Notes under the pieces: model-generated
What the model saw: the letters and a program-made list of their open reading frames with translations, nothing else
Databases searched by the model: none
What the model was told of the DNA's origin: nothing
Assembly: GCA_965217775.1 (NCBI GenBank)
Contig: CBDCJH010000002.1
Location: 5,024,001 to 5,088,000, forward strand
Direction: 5' to 3'
Source of the DNA: Acidobacteriota bacterium
Lineage (GTDB): Bacteria; Acidobacteriota; UBA6911; RPQK01; JAJDTT01
Length of the DNA stretch: 64,000 nt
Made by a program: the position numbers and the translations under genes
In this document: positions 27,028-37,008 of the stretch, one piece after another
Numbering within the stretch: the stretch's first letter is position 1
Layout: every line of letters starts with the position of its first letter

Positions 27028-28209
27028 TCACTCCTGTGCCATCTGTGGCGCCGCCGTCAGCCCGCCTCTTCCCAGATGGGGCGGAAGTTTCAACGCCAGG
27101 ACGAACCCCGGCACCGCGAAGAGGACGATGGCCGTCATGGTCAACTGAAGGCCCACCGTCTGACTCACCAATCCAACCACAGGCAGGAGCAAGCCGCCCA
27201 CGCCCCAGGCGAACCCCATGAGCAGAGCCGAGATCGTGGAGGTCGCCTCCGGCACCATCTGTTGGGCCATCACCACGTTGACCGGGGAGGTGGAGAGCAG
27301 GACGCCGCCTCCCAGAATGCACAGCACGATGGAGATTGGCCCCTGAGTCCAGAGAAAGGCCAGGAGCAACGGCAGGCTGCCGAACATGGAAAGAGCGAGG
27401 ATTCTCTTGCCCCCGAAGCGGTCGCTCAGGATGCCCCCCAGGAAACCGGCGCTGCCGCCGGCCAGCAGAAACAGGCTTAGAACCAGGGCAGCCCGCGCCG
27501 CGCCATATCCGTGCAGCGTCAGATACAAGGGGAGAAAAGCGACGAAGATGATCTGAATGGATCCTCGGATGACCACGAGCAGGTAGAGGATCAGAAGTGG
27601 CTTTCGTTGCTCCATAAGCCGCGAAAGAAGTGTTCTGTGGTGGAGAGCGGCCGTCGGGGACGGGGACGGGCCGTAAAGGATGAGGTAAAGGCTCATGGCA
27701 ACCCCCGGCAACGCGGCCCAGAGGCTGGAGCCCAGGCCCACAAGGGCAATCACGGTGGTGATATAGACCGGGCCCAGGGCGTAGCCGAGCATGCCGCCGG
27801 TGACGAAAACCGACATGTGGAAACCCTTTCTGCGGGCGGAGGACTCCGAGACAATGGACGCCGCCTGGGGGTGAAACGCCGAGATCCCGACGCCGCCCAA
27901 AATGACCATCACCAACAGCGCCCGGAAATCGGGAGCCAGGCCCAGGGCGGAGATGAAGAGCCCCGCCAGTCCGGGTCCCAACGCGGTGAAGACAGGTTTC
28001 CGCAGCCGGTCGGCCAGGTAGCCGTAAAAGGGCTGCATGAACGCGCTGGAAAAACTCAGGACGCCGCCCAGAATCCCGGCTTCGACCAGCGACAGGTCCA
28101 GTTCCTGGTGGAGGAAGGGCAGGAACGCCCCGAACATGCTGGCGTAGCAGTCGATCAGGAAGTGACCGCCGGAAAGCGAAAGAACCGGTTTCGGAACTCT
28201 GAACGACAT
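27028..28209 (-). CDS. MFS transporter (Fsr-like)
   Basis: HFLIDCY, QPFYGYLADR, SAFHPQA and GILSDRFG motifs; about 12 TM segments. Confidence 0.88.
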   Translation of the reverse strand: MSFRVPKPVLSLSGGHFLIDCYASMFGAFLPFLHQELDLSLVEAGILGGVLSFSSAFMQPFYGYLADRLRKPVFTALGPGLAGLFISALGLAPDFRALLVMVILGGVGISAFHPQAASIVSESSARRKGFHMSVFVTGGMLGYALGPVYITTVIALVGLGSSLWAALPGVAMSLYLILYGPSPSPTAALHHRTLLSRLMEQRKPLLILYLLVVIRGSIQIIFVAFLPLYLTLHGYGAARAALVLSLFLLAGGSAGFLGGILSDRFGGKRILALSMFGSLPLLLAFLWTQGPISIVLCILGGGVLLSTSPVNVVMAQQMVPEATSTISALLMGFAWGVGGLLLPVVGLVSQTVGLQLTMTAIVLFAVPGFVLALKLPPHLGRGGLTAAPQMAQE

Positions 28210-28241
28210 GGACGCGCTATTCTCGCACAATCCGCCGGAGC

Positions 28242-28267
28242 GTAGGGGTGCCCCTTGTGGTTGCCCT
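28242..28267. repeat. GTAG-type REP palindrome
   Basis: GTAGGGGTGCCCCTTGTGGTTGCCCT; relatives at 32357, 32668 (inverted) and 41645. Confidence 0.7.
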
Positions 28268-28292
28268 CCTCGGCTCTTCGCTCTGCAATAAA

Positions 28293-29318
28293 ATGAAACC
28301 CGTTTTGAAGCTGGACGATTTCGACTACGAATTGCCTCGGCGTCTCATCGCCCAACGTCCCCACTCTCCCCGCGACGGCTCGCGCCTGATGGTGCTCCGC
28401 CGGGAGGCCGGCGCTTGGGAGCATGCCCGGTTCGCCGATCTCCCCGATCTCGTGTCGGAGCGGGACCTCCTGGTGTTGAACGACTCCCGAGTCCTGCCCG
28501 CCCGGCTGGCGGCCGTCAAGGAGACGGGGGGGCAAGTCGAGGTGTTGCTGCTGGATGCTCTCGAGAGTCGGGTCTGGCGGGCCCTGCTCAAGCCGGGCCG
28601 CCGGGCCCGCGCCGGCGAACTCCTCACCGTAGATCCGGAGTTGCTGTCGATTCGTGTGTTGGACGATCCCGGGTCCGCCGTCCGTCGGGTCCAACTGGAA
28701 CCCGCCGGGGATCTCCAAGAGGTCCTGGAGCGGGTGGGACGCACGCCCCTGCCTCCCTACATCCAGCGGGAGGTCGATTCCCGGGACCGCGAGGCCTACC
28801 AGACGGTGTACGCCGACAGGCCGGGATCGGCGGCGGCCCCAACGGCCGGACTCCACTTCACCGAAGCGCTCCTCTCCCGCCTGAACCATTGCAAGATCAC
28901 ATTGCACGTGGGGTACGGGACGTTCCAACCTGTCGTGGCGGATCGAGTCGAGGACCACCGGATGCACTCGGAGTACTACGAGGTCTCGGCGGAATCGGCG
29001 CGCAGGATTCGGCGCCACCGCAAGGCGGGAGGCCGGGTCATCGCGGTAGGGACCACTTCGACCCGGGTTCTGGAGCAGGTTCACCGCCGCCACGGCGAGG
29101 TGGCGAAGGGCCGGGGATGGACCGATCTTTTCATCAAGCCCGGCTTCGAATTCGGAGTTGTCGACGGCCTCATCACCAATTTTCACCTACCCCGGACGTC
29201 ACTCCTGCTGCTGGTGGCGGCGTTCGCCGGAGACCGGCTGTTGAAAGAGAGCTACGGAGAGGCCGTCGCTCGCTGTTATCGCTTCTACAGCTACGGCGAC
29301 GCCATGATCATTGTCTGA
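28293..29318 (+). CDS. queA: S-adenosylmethionine:tRNA ribosyltransferase-isomerase
   Basis: DFDYELP..LIAQ, PLPPYI, YQTVYA, AAPTAGLHF, LHVGYGTF and YRFYSYGDAM motifs. Confidence 0.96.
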   Translation: MKPVLKLDDFDYELPRRLIAQRPHSPRDGSRLMVLRREAGAWEHARFADLPDLVSERDLLVLNDSRVLPARLAAVKETGGQVEVLLLDALESRVWRALLKPGRRARAGELLTVDPELLSIRVLDDPGSAVRRVQLEPAGDLQEVLERVGRTPLPPYIQREVDSRDREAYQTVYADRPGSAAAPTAGLHFTEALLSRLNHCKITLHVGYGTFQPVVADRVEDHRMHSEYYEVSAESARRIRRHRKAGGRVIAVGTTSTRVLEQVHRRHGEVAKGRGWTDLFIKPGFEFGVVDGLITNFHLPRTSLLLLVAAFAGDRLLKESYGEAVARCYRFYSYGDAMIIV

Positions 29319-29329
29319 GGGAGGGAAGA

Positions 29330-29353
29330 GTGGGGGGCAAGAATGCCCCCTCC
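29330..29353. repeat. Second REP-like palindrome family (GGGG(G/A)CA(A/G)GAATG(C/T)CCCC)
   Basis: Copies near 29332, 32778 and 54336, all intergenic; this one lies between convergent genes. Confidence 0.65.
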
Positions 29354-29389
29354 AAGTCCATCCTCCTTGGAGGACGAAAGAGGGAGCCC

Positions 29390-30358
29390 CTACGAAATGA
29401 GGGCGAACTCCACGTCGGTGACGTTCTTCAGGGCCTCTTCCATGTAGGCCTTGATCTTCTTGGTCAATGAGATCTGGTTGAGGCGGATCGCCTCTCGACT
29501 CACACCGAAGCGCGTCCCGAGCTGTTGCAGGGTCTTGGGCTCCTCGGCGATGAGGCGCTCCTTCAGGATGGCCCGTTCCCGTTCGTTCAGCGTTTCGGCG
29601 AACTCGCGAAACTTGTGGGCGAAAAGCCGTTTCAACTCGCCCCGGGCCAGTGTCTCGTCAACCAGATCCCCGGTGGCCTTGAGCATGTCCACGTGCCGGA
29701 TGGTCCGGTTGGGATCGATATAGTTGTCCAGGCTCAGGTCAGAGGACTCGATGGCATGCTCCACTGCCCGGACCTCCTTGACGGGCACATCGAGTTTCTT
29801 GGCGATCAGCGACGTCGTGGGCTCGATCCCCTGAAGCCGCAACCGCTCCTTCTCTTTGCGCAGGTTGAAGAGAAGCCTCCGCCGCTGGTTGGTGGTGCCG
29901 ATCCGGACGATCCGGAAATTGTCCGTGATGAACTTGATGATGTAGGCCTTGATCCACCAGGAGGCGTAGGTGGGCAGGCGGGTTCCCTTGCCGGGGTCGA
30001 ATCGGGCCAGAGCTTGGATCAGGCCGATGTTCCCTTCCTGGATCAGGTCCATGACGCTGTTGTAGACGCGCCGGTAGATGAGGGCGATCTTGACCACCAG
30101 CTTCAGGTTGGAGGTGACCAGGCGATAGGCGGCCTCCTGATCGCCTTCCTGCTGATACCGCCGGATCAACGACCGCTCTTCTTCCGCCGTCAGCGGTTCG
30201 AACTGGCTGATCTCCAGAAGGTAGCGCCGGAGAGGGTCCAGGTTGACCAGCTTGGCTTCTTCCGGGGAGGGCAGCTTGCTGGTCTTCTCGCCCAGAATGG
30301 CCTCGAGGCGTTCGGACTCGGGGGCTGACCCGGCCGGCCCCGGAGGCTGGGAAACCAT
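29390..30358 (-). CDS. Sigma-70 family factor, RpoH/sigma-32-like
   Basis: LVTSNLKLVVKIA, DLIQEGNIGL, YASWWIKA and an RpoH-box-like QRRRLLFNLR; region 4 HTH. Confidence 0.88.
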   Translation of the reverse strand: MVSQPPGPAGSAPESERLEAILGEKTSKLPSPEEAKLVNLDPLRRYLLEISQFEPLTAEEERSLIRRYQQEGDQEAAYRLVTSNLKLVVKIALIYRRVYNSVMDLIQEGNIGLIQALARFDPGKGTRLPTYASWWIKAYIIKFITDNFRIVRIGTTNQRRRLLFNLRKEKERLRLQGIEPTTSLIAKKLDVPVKEVRAVEHAIESSDLSLDNYIDPNRTIRHVDMLKATGDLVDETLARGELKRLFAHKFREFAETLNERERAILKERLIAEEPKTLQQLGTRFGVSREAIRLNQISLTKKIKAYMEEALKNVTDVEFALIS

Positions 30359-30387
30359 GGCCGCATCTTAGCAGATAGAGAAACGGG

Positions 30388-31749
30388 CTAAAGTCCAAGG
30401 AGTTGGTGGATCTTCTCCTTGTCGGGCGGCACCTGGACCGGTGGGTTGGCGTAAGTGGATTGGATCTTGCCGTGCTTCTCGACGATCCGGTTCTCGTAGG
30501 CGGCGTGCTCGTAGAGGTTGTCCAGGTGGTAGTTGACCGTGTACTCGGGGTCCTTGAGTTGATGTCCGGTCAGAATGGCCACCACGTTCTCGGAGGGGTC
30601 GATGGTCACTTCGGGACGCTCCTCGGCACTCGTATCCAGCAGGCGCTTGAGACCGGCCACCGTGGTGGCCGAGGCGGGTTCGCACCCGATCCCGTCTTGT
30701 CCCAGAATCGCCTTGGCGTCGGCGATTTCCTGCTCCGTGACCTCGTCGCACCAGCCGTCCGAGAACTGGAGGGCGCGAACCGCCTTCTTCCAACTGATGG
30801 GCTGGCCGATCTTGATGGCGCTGGCCAGGGTCCAGGCATCGGTGACGGGCACCAGTTCCTGCGAGCTGGTCACCAGAGTCCGATAGAGAGGGTCGGCGCC
30901 CTCGGCCTGGATGATGGTGATTCTGGGAATCTTGTCGATCATTCCCAACTCTTTCAACTCCATCAGGACTTTCCCGTAGGAGGAGCTGTTTCCCAGATTG
31001 CCGCCGGGAACCACGATCCGGTCCGGACTCTTCCAGTCCAGTTGATCCATCAACTCCAGCATCACCGTCTTCTGGCCCTCCAGGCGGAATGGGTTGATGG
31101 AGTTCATCAGGTAGAGGTCGGTGTCGGCGGCCAATTCCTGAACCAGCTTCATGGCCACGTCGAAGCTGCACTGGATCTGGAGAGTCAAGGCGCCGTAGTC
31201 CAGGGCTTGGGCCAGCTTGCCGAATGCAATCTGGCCTTCCGGAATGAAGACGACGGACCGCAGGCCGGCCCGGGCGCAATAGGCGGCCATGGAGGCCGAG
31301 GTGTTTCCGGTTGAAGCGCAGGCCACGACCTGGGCGTCGAGCCGGATCGCCTGGGAGACGGCCGTGGTCATGCCGTAGTCCTTGAACGAACCGCTGGGGT
31401 TCCAGCCCAGGTGTTTCACCCGGAGCCGATCCAGGCCCATGTATTCGGCGCACCGAGGGGCTTCCAGGATGGGCGTGTTCCCCTCGCCCATAGTCACCAC
31501 CCGGTCCAGGTCTCCGGCTTCGAAGGGAAGCAGTTCTCGATATCGCCACACTCCACTCACGTCGAGGGGGTGATTCGAGAGACGCCTCTGCGAGAAGCTC
31601 TCCTTGAGGGAGCCCACGTCGATCCGGCTGAAGTCGTAGACGATGTCAAGCAGGTCCCGGCAACGGGGACACTGGTAGAGCTTTTCTCGGATCGGGAACT
31701 CCCGGAGGCAGGAGTCATTGATGCAGCGGAAGCGAAACCACTCGGTCAT
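30388..31749 (-). CDS. thrC: Threonine synthase
   Basis: NPSGSFKDYG (PLP lysine), CASTGNTSAS, NSINPFRLEGQKT and PGGNLGN motifs. Confidence 0.94.
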   Translation of the reverse strand: MTEWFRFRCINDSCLREFPIREKLYQCPRCRDLLDIVYDFSRIDVGSLKESFSQRRLSNHPLDVSGVWRYRELLPFEAGDLDRVVTMGEGNTPILEAPRCAEYMGLDRLRVKHLGWNPSGSFKDYGMTTAVSQAIRLDAQVVACASTGNTSASMAAYCARAGLRSVVFIPEGQIAFGKLAQALDYGALTLQIQCSFDVAMKLVQELAADTDLYLMNSINPFRLEGQKTVMLELMDQLDWKSPDRIVVPGGNLGNSSSYGKVLMELKELGMIDKIPRITIIQAEGADPLYRTLVTSSQELVPVTDAWTLASAIKIGQPISWKKAVRALQFSDGWCDEVTEQEIADAKAILGQDGIGCEPASATTVAGLKRLLDTSAEERPEVTIDPSENVVAILTGHQLKDPEYTVNYHLDNLYEHAAYENRIVEKHGKIQSTYANPPVQVPPDKEKIHQLLGL

Positions 31750-32312
31750 TCTGCCAAAAGGTGACGGATTCGGCTTACGATTTCGGGGGAGTTCCAGACA
31801 TACATCCCCACATGGTGCAACGCTAGTCTTCCACGGGCGTCGACGATCAGTGTCGTGGGGAGTCCGGTGACCTGGAAGCGGCCTTGGAGGATCCGGTCAG
31901 GATCCGATAACAGCAGGAAAGGGTAGTCGGCGCCGGTCTCTTCGAGAAAGGTCCGGACTGCCCCGGGCTCCTCCCAACTCACGGCGGCAATCGCCAAGCC
32001 TTCTTTGGAAAGCCTCCGGTGAAGGTCGGCCAGATAGGGCATCTCCAGGCGGCAAGGTCCGCACCAGGTGGCCCAGGCGTTGATCAGCAGGGCCTTGCCC
32101 TTCAATTCCCGGAGGGGCACTCGCTTTCCGTCCAGAGTGGACAGCGTTCCGGACAGATCCAGACGCGGCCTCTCGGCGGCGGGAATCCATGACCGGTAGA
32201 GAACGCCCTGAGACGCGACGGCCTCGGCGGCGCAAAGGAGAAGCGCTGACGGAAGAGCCGCCGCCAACAGTAGGCCGGCGACTCCGATTCTCCCGTTCGT
32301 GGGCATGCTCAT
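31746..32312 (-). CDS. TlpA/ResA-family thiol-disulfide oxidoreductase
   Basis: NAWATWCGPCRLEMP, GLPTT; N-terminal signal or anchor. Confidence 0.9.
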   Translation of the reverse strand: MSMPTNGRIGVAGLLLAAALPSALLLCAAEAVASQGVLYRSWIPAAERPRLDLSGTLSTLDGKRVPLRELKGKALLINAWATWCGPCRLEMPYLADLHRRLSKEGLAIAAVSWEEPGAVRTFLEETGADYPFLLLSDPDRILQGRFQVTGLPTTLIVDARGRLALHHVGMYVWNSPEIVSRIRHLLAE

Positions 32313-32356
32313 CACCGTCAACTCTATAGCAGGCTGTGAAGAGAGGAAAGAAAAAC

Positions 32357-32800
32357 GTAGGGGCAACCCTTGTGTGTGGTTGCCCTTCCGCTACGGCCCC
32401 TTGTGGCCACCCCGGCGCTGGCGACCCCTCGCAGTCCGTGGTGAAAGTCCCGCGAGCACCGAGACCGTTCCTGCGCCCGCCGGACAAGGCGCGATTCGGG
32501 TGCATACCGGGAGTATGTGCCCGAATCGCAACGCCGTCCGCCGGGATGCAGGGACGGTCGAATGCCGTGATGACTTTTGCCACGGGCTGCTCGGCGAGCC
32601 GTTCCCGGGTTCTTCGCCGATGAGACCTCGGGGATCCGGTCCGCCGTGCGGAGGCGGGGGCGAAAGAGGGCTCCCACAAGGGGTGCCCCTGCACGGTTAC
32701 GGGTTGGCGTGTATGCCCCGGAGGCAGCAATGGTGAATGTCGGGTGCCCCTGCATGGTTACGGGTCGGCGATGAAGAGGGGGGCAGGAATGTCCCCTCTC
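32357..32800. repeat. Cluster of REP-like palindromes and short direct repeats hosting a MITE
   Basis: GTAG REP at 32357-32385; inverted REP at 32668-32692; direct repeat GGGTGCCCCTGCA.GGTTACGGGT.GGCG near 32682 and 32742; family-2 REP near 32778. Confidence 0.7.
32432..32589 (-). mobile_element. MITE family A, copy 3 (158 bp), CTCG target duplication
   Basis: Reverse-complement copy with the same terminal repeats; CTCG on both flanks. Confidence 0.92.
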
Positions 32801-32913
32801 CCACCTCCCCTCCCAGGGTGACCCTGCATCTCTCTATCCGTAGTAGACTGTGCGAGCCGCAGAGACCGGGGCACGGATTTGGCCCCGCTCCGGAAAATTG
32901 GGCGGACGTCGCT

Positions 32914-33639
32914 ATGAAGGTGTCCCTGTTCGTGACCTGCTTGGTGGATCAGGTCTTTCCCCAGGTGGGACTCGGTACGATCAAGATTCTGAATCGGCTG
33001 GGCGTCGAGGTCGATTTCGATGAACGCCAGGCGTGTTGCGGTCAACCGGCGTTCAACAGCGGTCATTCCGAGGAGAGCCGCACCGTGGCCCGTGGATTCC
33101 TGGAAGCTTATGCCGACAGCGGCCCCGTCGTGGTTCCCTCCGGATCGTGCGCCACCATGCTCAAGGTGTTCGTCCCCACTCTTTTTCCGCCCGGCTCCCG
33201 GGAGCGCCGGCTGGCCCGGGAGATCGCCGGGAGGACCTACGAGCTGTCCGACTTCCTGGTCTCGGTCCTGGGAGTGACCCGGACCGGCGCCCGCTTCCCG
33301 GAGGCCGTCACCTACCACGACTCCTGTCACCAGCTTCGGGAATTGGGGATTGCCCGGCAGCCGCGCCTCCTGATCCAGGGCGTGGAAGGAGTCCGGTTCC
33401 TGGAGCTGCCCAACGCTGCCCGATGTTGCGGGTTCGGCGGAACCTTTTCGGTCAAGTTCGCCGATGTCTCGGCGGCCATCGGGGAGGACAAGGTGGACAC
33501 CATTCACCAGTCGGGCGCCCGCTACGTGGTGGCCAACGACGTCAGTTGCCTGATGCACATCGGCGGACTGCTCCAGCGCCGGGGATCCCAGGTCCGGACC
33601 CTGCATCTGGCCGAGCTGTTGTCGAAGTTCGAGGAGTAG
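32914..33639 (+). CDS. lutA: Lactate utilization protein A (CCG-domain Fe-S protein)
   Basis: LFVTCLVD, CCGQPAFNSG, SGSC, YHDSCH and CCGFGGTF motifs. Confidence 0.92.
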   Translation: MKVSLFVTCLVDQVFPQVGLGTIKILNRLGVEVDFDERQACCGQPAFNSGHSEESRTVARGFLEAYADSGPVVVPSGSCATMLKVFVPTLFPPGSRERRLAREIAGRTYELSDFLVSVLGVTRTGARFPEAVTYHDSCHQLRELGIARQPRLLIQGVEGVRFLELPNAARCCGFGGTFSVKFADVSAAIGEDKVDTIHQSGARYVVANDVSCLMHIGGLLQRRGSQVRTLHLAELLSKFEE

Positions 33640-33643
33640 CCGG

Positions 33644-35062
33644 ATGCAACTCAGGATCCGGCCCAACACCTCGGCGGTCTTGTCCGACGCCACCCTTCAA
33701 GCCAACCTCAAGCCGGCGCTGGAGAAGTCGCTCCAGGCCCGGGACCGCGCCGTCGCGGAGGTCTCCAACTGGGAAGAGCTCCGGCAGCACGCCCACGACG
33801 TCAAGGCCCATACCCTCTCCCGCCTGGACCACTATCTCGAGCAGTTGGAGCGGAAGGTCATCGCTCAGGGCGGCAAGGTGGTCTGGGCCGACACCGGAGC
33901 CGAAGCCCTGGAGTTCATCGTGGGCCTTCTCCAGGAGCGGGAAATCAAGAAGGTGGCCAAGAGCAAGACCATGCTGGGAGAGGAGATCCATCTCAACGAA
34001 GAGTTGGAGCGGGCCCATTTCGACCCGGTGGAAACCGACCTTGGCGAGTACATCATCCAGCTCTCCCGGGAGACGCCCTTTCACATCGTGACCCCGGCCC
34101 TGCACAAGTCGAAGGAGGAAGTGGTCGAGCTCTTCGGCCGGGAGCTGGGCATGCCCCCCACCGACGACGTGGAGGCAATCACGGCCACGGCTCGAGCCGT
34201 CCTGCGGCGCCATTTTCTGACCGCCGGCGCCGGAATCACCGGCGTGAATTTCGGCGTCGCCGAAACCGGAACGCTGGTGGTTGTGGAAAATGAGGGCAAC
34301 GTTCGTCTCTGTGCCTCCCTGCCGGAGGTGCACATCGCCATCATGGGCATCGAGAAGGTGGTTCCCCGAGCCCGGGACCTGGCGGTTTTTCTGAAGCTCC
34401 TCTCGCGGAGCGCCACCGGACAGAAGAGCACCAGCTACGTCAATTTCATCAACGGTCCTCGCCGGGAGGGAGAGTGGGACGGCCCGCGGGAATTCCATCT
34501 GGTGCTGGTGGACAACGGCCGGAGCCGGATTCTGGCCGATCCTGAATTGAGGCAGACGCTGGCCTGCATCCGTTGCGGCGCCTGCTTGAACGTCTGCCCC
34601 GTGTACCAGCGAATCGGCGGACACGCCTACGGCTCCACCTATCAGGGGCCCATCGGCGCCATATTGACTCCTCAACTGACCTCGGCGGAGGCGGCGCCCG
34701 AACACCCCTTCGCGTCTTCGCTCTGCGGAGCCTGCTACGAGACCTGTCCGGTCAAGATCGAGATCCCTCACATTCTGTTGAAGCTGCGCGAGCGGGTCCA
34801 ACGGAGCCGGCAACGTCTGGCCCGCCAGCTGCCGCTGGAAGCCTGGGCCATGCAGTTCTGGGCCTGGGCCATGAGCTCTCCCGGCCGTTATGGATTCCTG
34901 GGGAATCTTCTGCGCCGGGTCCAGCCCTACTTCGTGCGGGAGGGGCGGCTACGGCTACGTCTGCCCCCCTTCAGCGACTGGGACCGGTACCGGGATCTTC
35001 CGCCGCTGCCTGAAAAAAGCTTCCGGGAGCAGCTTCGGGCGCTGCGCAAGGAGGGGAAGTGA
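33644..35062 (+). CDS. lutB: Lactate utilization protein B (Fe-S)
   Basis: ETDLGEYIIQL, ENEGN, RSATGQ, CIRCGACLNVCP and SSLCGACYETCP motifs. Confidence 0.94.
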   Translation: MQLRIRPNTSAVLSDATLQANLKPALEKSLQARDRAVAEVSNWEELRQHAHDVKAHTLSRLDHYLEQLERKVIAQGGKVVWADTGAEALEFIVGLLQEREIKKVAKSKTMLGEEIHLNEELERAHFDPVETDLGEYIIQLSRETPFHIVTPALHKSKEEVVELFGRELGMPPTDDVEAITATARAVLRRHFLTAGAGITGVNFGVAETGTLVVVENEGNVRLCASLPEVHIAIMGIEKVVPRARDLAVFLKLLSRSATGQKSTSYVNFINGPRREGEWDGPREFHLVLVDNGRSRILADPELRQTLACIRCGACLNVCPVYQRIGGHAYGSTYQGPIGAILTPQLTSAEAAPEHPFASSLCGACYETCPVKIEIPHILLKLRERVQRSRQRLARQLPLEAWAMQFWAWAMSSPGRYGFLGNLLRRVQPYFVREGRLRLRLPPFSDWDRYRDLPPLPEKSFREQLRALRKEGK

Positions 35063-35754
35063 GTCGCCCGCGGATCTTGCAGAAGGTCCGTTCGGCCTGC
35101 GGCGTCAAGCCGCCCGATCCCCTGCCGGACGGATATCCCGAGGCCCCCAGGTTCCAGGACCCGGTGGGAGTCTTTCGCCGGGAATTGGAGGCGGTCGGAG
35201 GCGTCTTTCTGGATGCCCGGGATCGGAACCCGGCGGAGGCGCTCTCCCAGGTCCTGCAGCAGACGGGCCAGACGGAGGTCTTCTGGGAAGAAGAGAAGAT
35301 ATTCATCAAGCACGGCTTGCCCTACCGGCTGCGCCTGCCCGAGTCGTTCTCCACCCCCAACCTGGTCTTCAGCTACCACTACCAGGGGCGGGTCCGGCTT
35401 CCGATCACACTGGCCGCCCACTCCATCGAACGGGACCGGCTGGCCGCGATTCCCGTCTCCGCCTCGAGTGCCGCGTTCGGCATCGCCGAGACCGGGACCG
35501 TCGTGCAAACCGTAGGGCCGGGCCGGGGACGCCTGCTCAACGTTCTTCCCGAGACCCATATCGTCTTCTTGGCGGAGGGGGACCTCCTCTCGAACCTGGA
35601 TCAGCTCTTCGAACGGGTTCGGCCGGGAGAGGAGGGAAGCGCGCTCACCCTGGTCACGGGTCCGAGCCGGACCGCGGACATCGGGAAGGTGCTGGTCAAG
35701 GGCATGCACGGTCCCAAGAGGTGGTTCGTGATCCTCACGGAGGGAGCCGGATGA
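35059..35754 (+). CDS. lutC: Lactate utilization protein C (LUD domain)
   Basis: GIAETGT, TGPSRTADI and GMHGP motifs. Confidence 0.9.
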   Translation: MSRPRILQKVRSACGVKPPDPLPDGYPEAPRFQDPVGVFRRELEAVGGVFLDARDRNPAEALSQVLQQTGQTEVFWEEEKIFIKHGLPYRLRLPESFSTPNLVFSYHYQGRVRLPITLAAHSIERDRLAAIPVSASSAAFGIAETGTVVQTVGPGRGRLLNVLPETHIVFLAEGDLLSNLDQLFERVRPGEEGSALTLVTGPSRTADIGKVLVKGMHGPKRWFVILTEGAG

Positions 35755-36194
35755 GCCGGAGCGGGCCGGAGCTCGTCGCGGGCCGGCACACCATCGTCAA
35801 GCGGCTGCACTTCTGCTACGGCCACCGGCTGTTGGACTATGACGGCAAGTGCGCCTTCGCCCACGGCCACAATGGAGTCCTGGAGATCGAGCTGTCCAGC
35901 CGCAAGTTGGACCATCGGGGCATGGTCTACGATTTCGGAGACGTGAAGAAAGAGGTGTCTCGCTTCATCGAAGGCCAGTTGGATCACCGGATGCTTCTCC
36001 GGGATGACGATCCCCTCATCGAAGCGTTGCGCGGGGTGGGGGAGAATCCCTACGTGATGAAGTCGAACCCCACTGCCGAGAACATCGCCAAGCTCATCTT
36101 CCACGAAGCCCGGGCTCGACGCCTTCCGGTGAGGGCGGTGCGGCTCTGGGAAACGCATGACGCCTTCGCCGAGTACCGTGCGGATGACGACTGA
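35751..36194 (+). CDS. queD: 6-carboxytetrahydropterin synthase
   Basis: GHRL....GKCAFAHGHN, DFG, LDHR, NPTAENIA and LWET motifs; ATG overlaps the lutC stop. Confidence 0.88.
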   Translation: MSRSGPELVAGRHTIVKRLHFCYGHRLLDYDGKCAFAHGHNGVLEIELSSRKLDHRGMVYDFGDVKKEVSRFIEGQLDHRMLLRDDDPLIEALRGVGENPYVMKSNPTAENIAKLIFHEARARRLPVRAVRLWETHDAFAEYRADDD

Positions 36195-36852
36195 TCGCAC
36201 GGCTGTCCTGGTGAGCGGTGGACTCGACAGTTGCGTGATGCTGGTCTCGCTGACCCGGTCGGCCCGCCGGGTCACTCCCATCTACGTCAAATGCGGTCTG
36301 GTCTGGGAAGGTGAGGAGCTGGACCGGCTGAATGCTTTCCTGGAAACCGTGGCCCATCCCCGGATCGACCCGGTGCAGGTTCTGGATCTGCCCATGAGCG
36401 ATGTCTACGGTGGGTTATGGCATACCTCCGGCGTGGGGATTCCGGGATTCCACGAGGCGGACGAGCGGTGGGAGATCCCGGGCCGAAACCTGGCCCTCAT
36501 GATCAAGGTAGCGGTGTGGTGCCGCCTCAACTCCGTCGGCGGGATCGCCTTGGGCATTCTGGGCAGCAATCCCTTCTCCGACGCCACACCCGAGTTCTTC
36601 GAGGGTTTGGAGCGGACTCTGAGCCGAGGTCTGGATTTTTCGCTCCGCCTGCTGAGGCCTCTCGCGGGCATGTCCAAGGCCGAAGTGATCCGGTTGGGGC
36701 AGGATCTGCCGCTGGAGCTGACGCTCAGTTGCGCCGAGCCTCGGAAGGGTGTGCACTGCGGCGTCTGCGGGAAATGCAAGGAGCGAATCGACGCCTTCGA
36801 GGAATCAGGGATCCTCGATCCCACGGCCTACGCCGCCCCGCCTCCCGTTTGA
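36184..36852 (+). CDS. queC: 7-cyano-7-deazaguanine synthase (QueC-like)
   Basis: SGGLDS PP-loop, PGRNL and TLSC...HCGVCGKCKER zinc site. Confidence 0.82.
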   Translation: MTTDRTAVLVSGGLDSCVMLVSLTRSARRVTPIYVKCGLVWEGEELDRLNAFLETVAHPRIDPVQVLDLPMSDVYGGLWHTSGVGIPGFHEADERWEIPGRNLALMIKVAVWCRLNSVGGIALGILGSNPFSDATPEFFEGLERTLSRGLDFSLRLLRPLAGMSKAEVIRLGQDLPLELTLSCAEPRKGVHCGVCGKCKERIDAFEESGILDPTAYAAPPPV

Positions 36853-36899
36853 AACCGGCGGTTTCCGCAATTCGCTCCGACCGCCGCGTCTTTCGCCAG

Positions 36900-37008
36900 G
36901 AGGCTGTCCGAGAACTCGAAAAATCACGATCCCGAAAAACCTATCTCCTTATAAATCAATAACTTAAATTTGGATATTTGGACGAACATCGCATTCTCGG
37001 ACAGGCTC
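36900..37008. mobile_element. MITE-like element family B (109 bp)
   Basis: 15-bp terminal inverted repeats GAGGCTGTCCGAGAA / TTCTCGGACAGGCTC (1 mismatch); flanks CCAG and CTAG; AT-rich interior. Confidence 0.75.
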
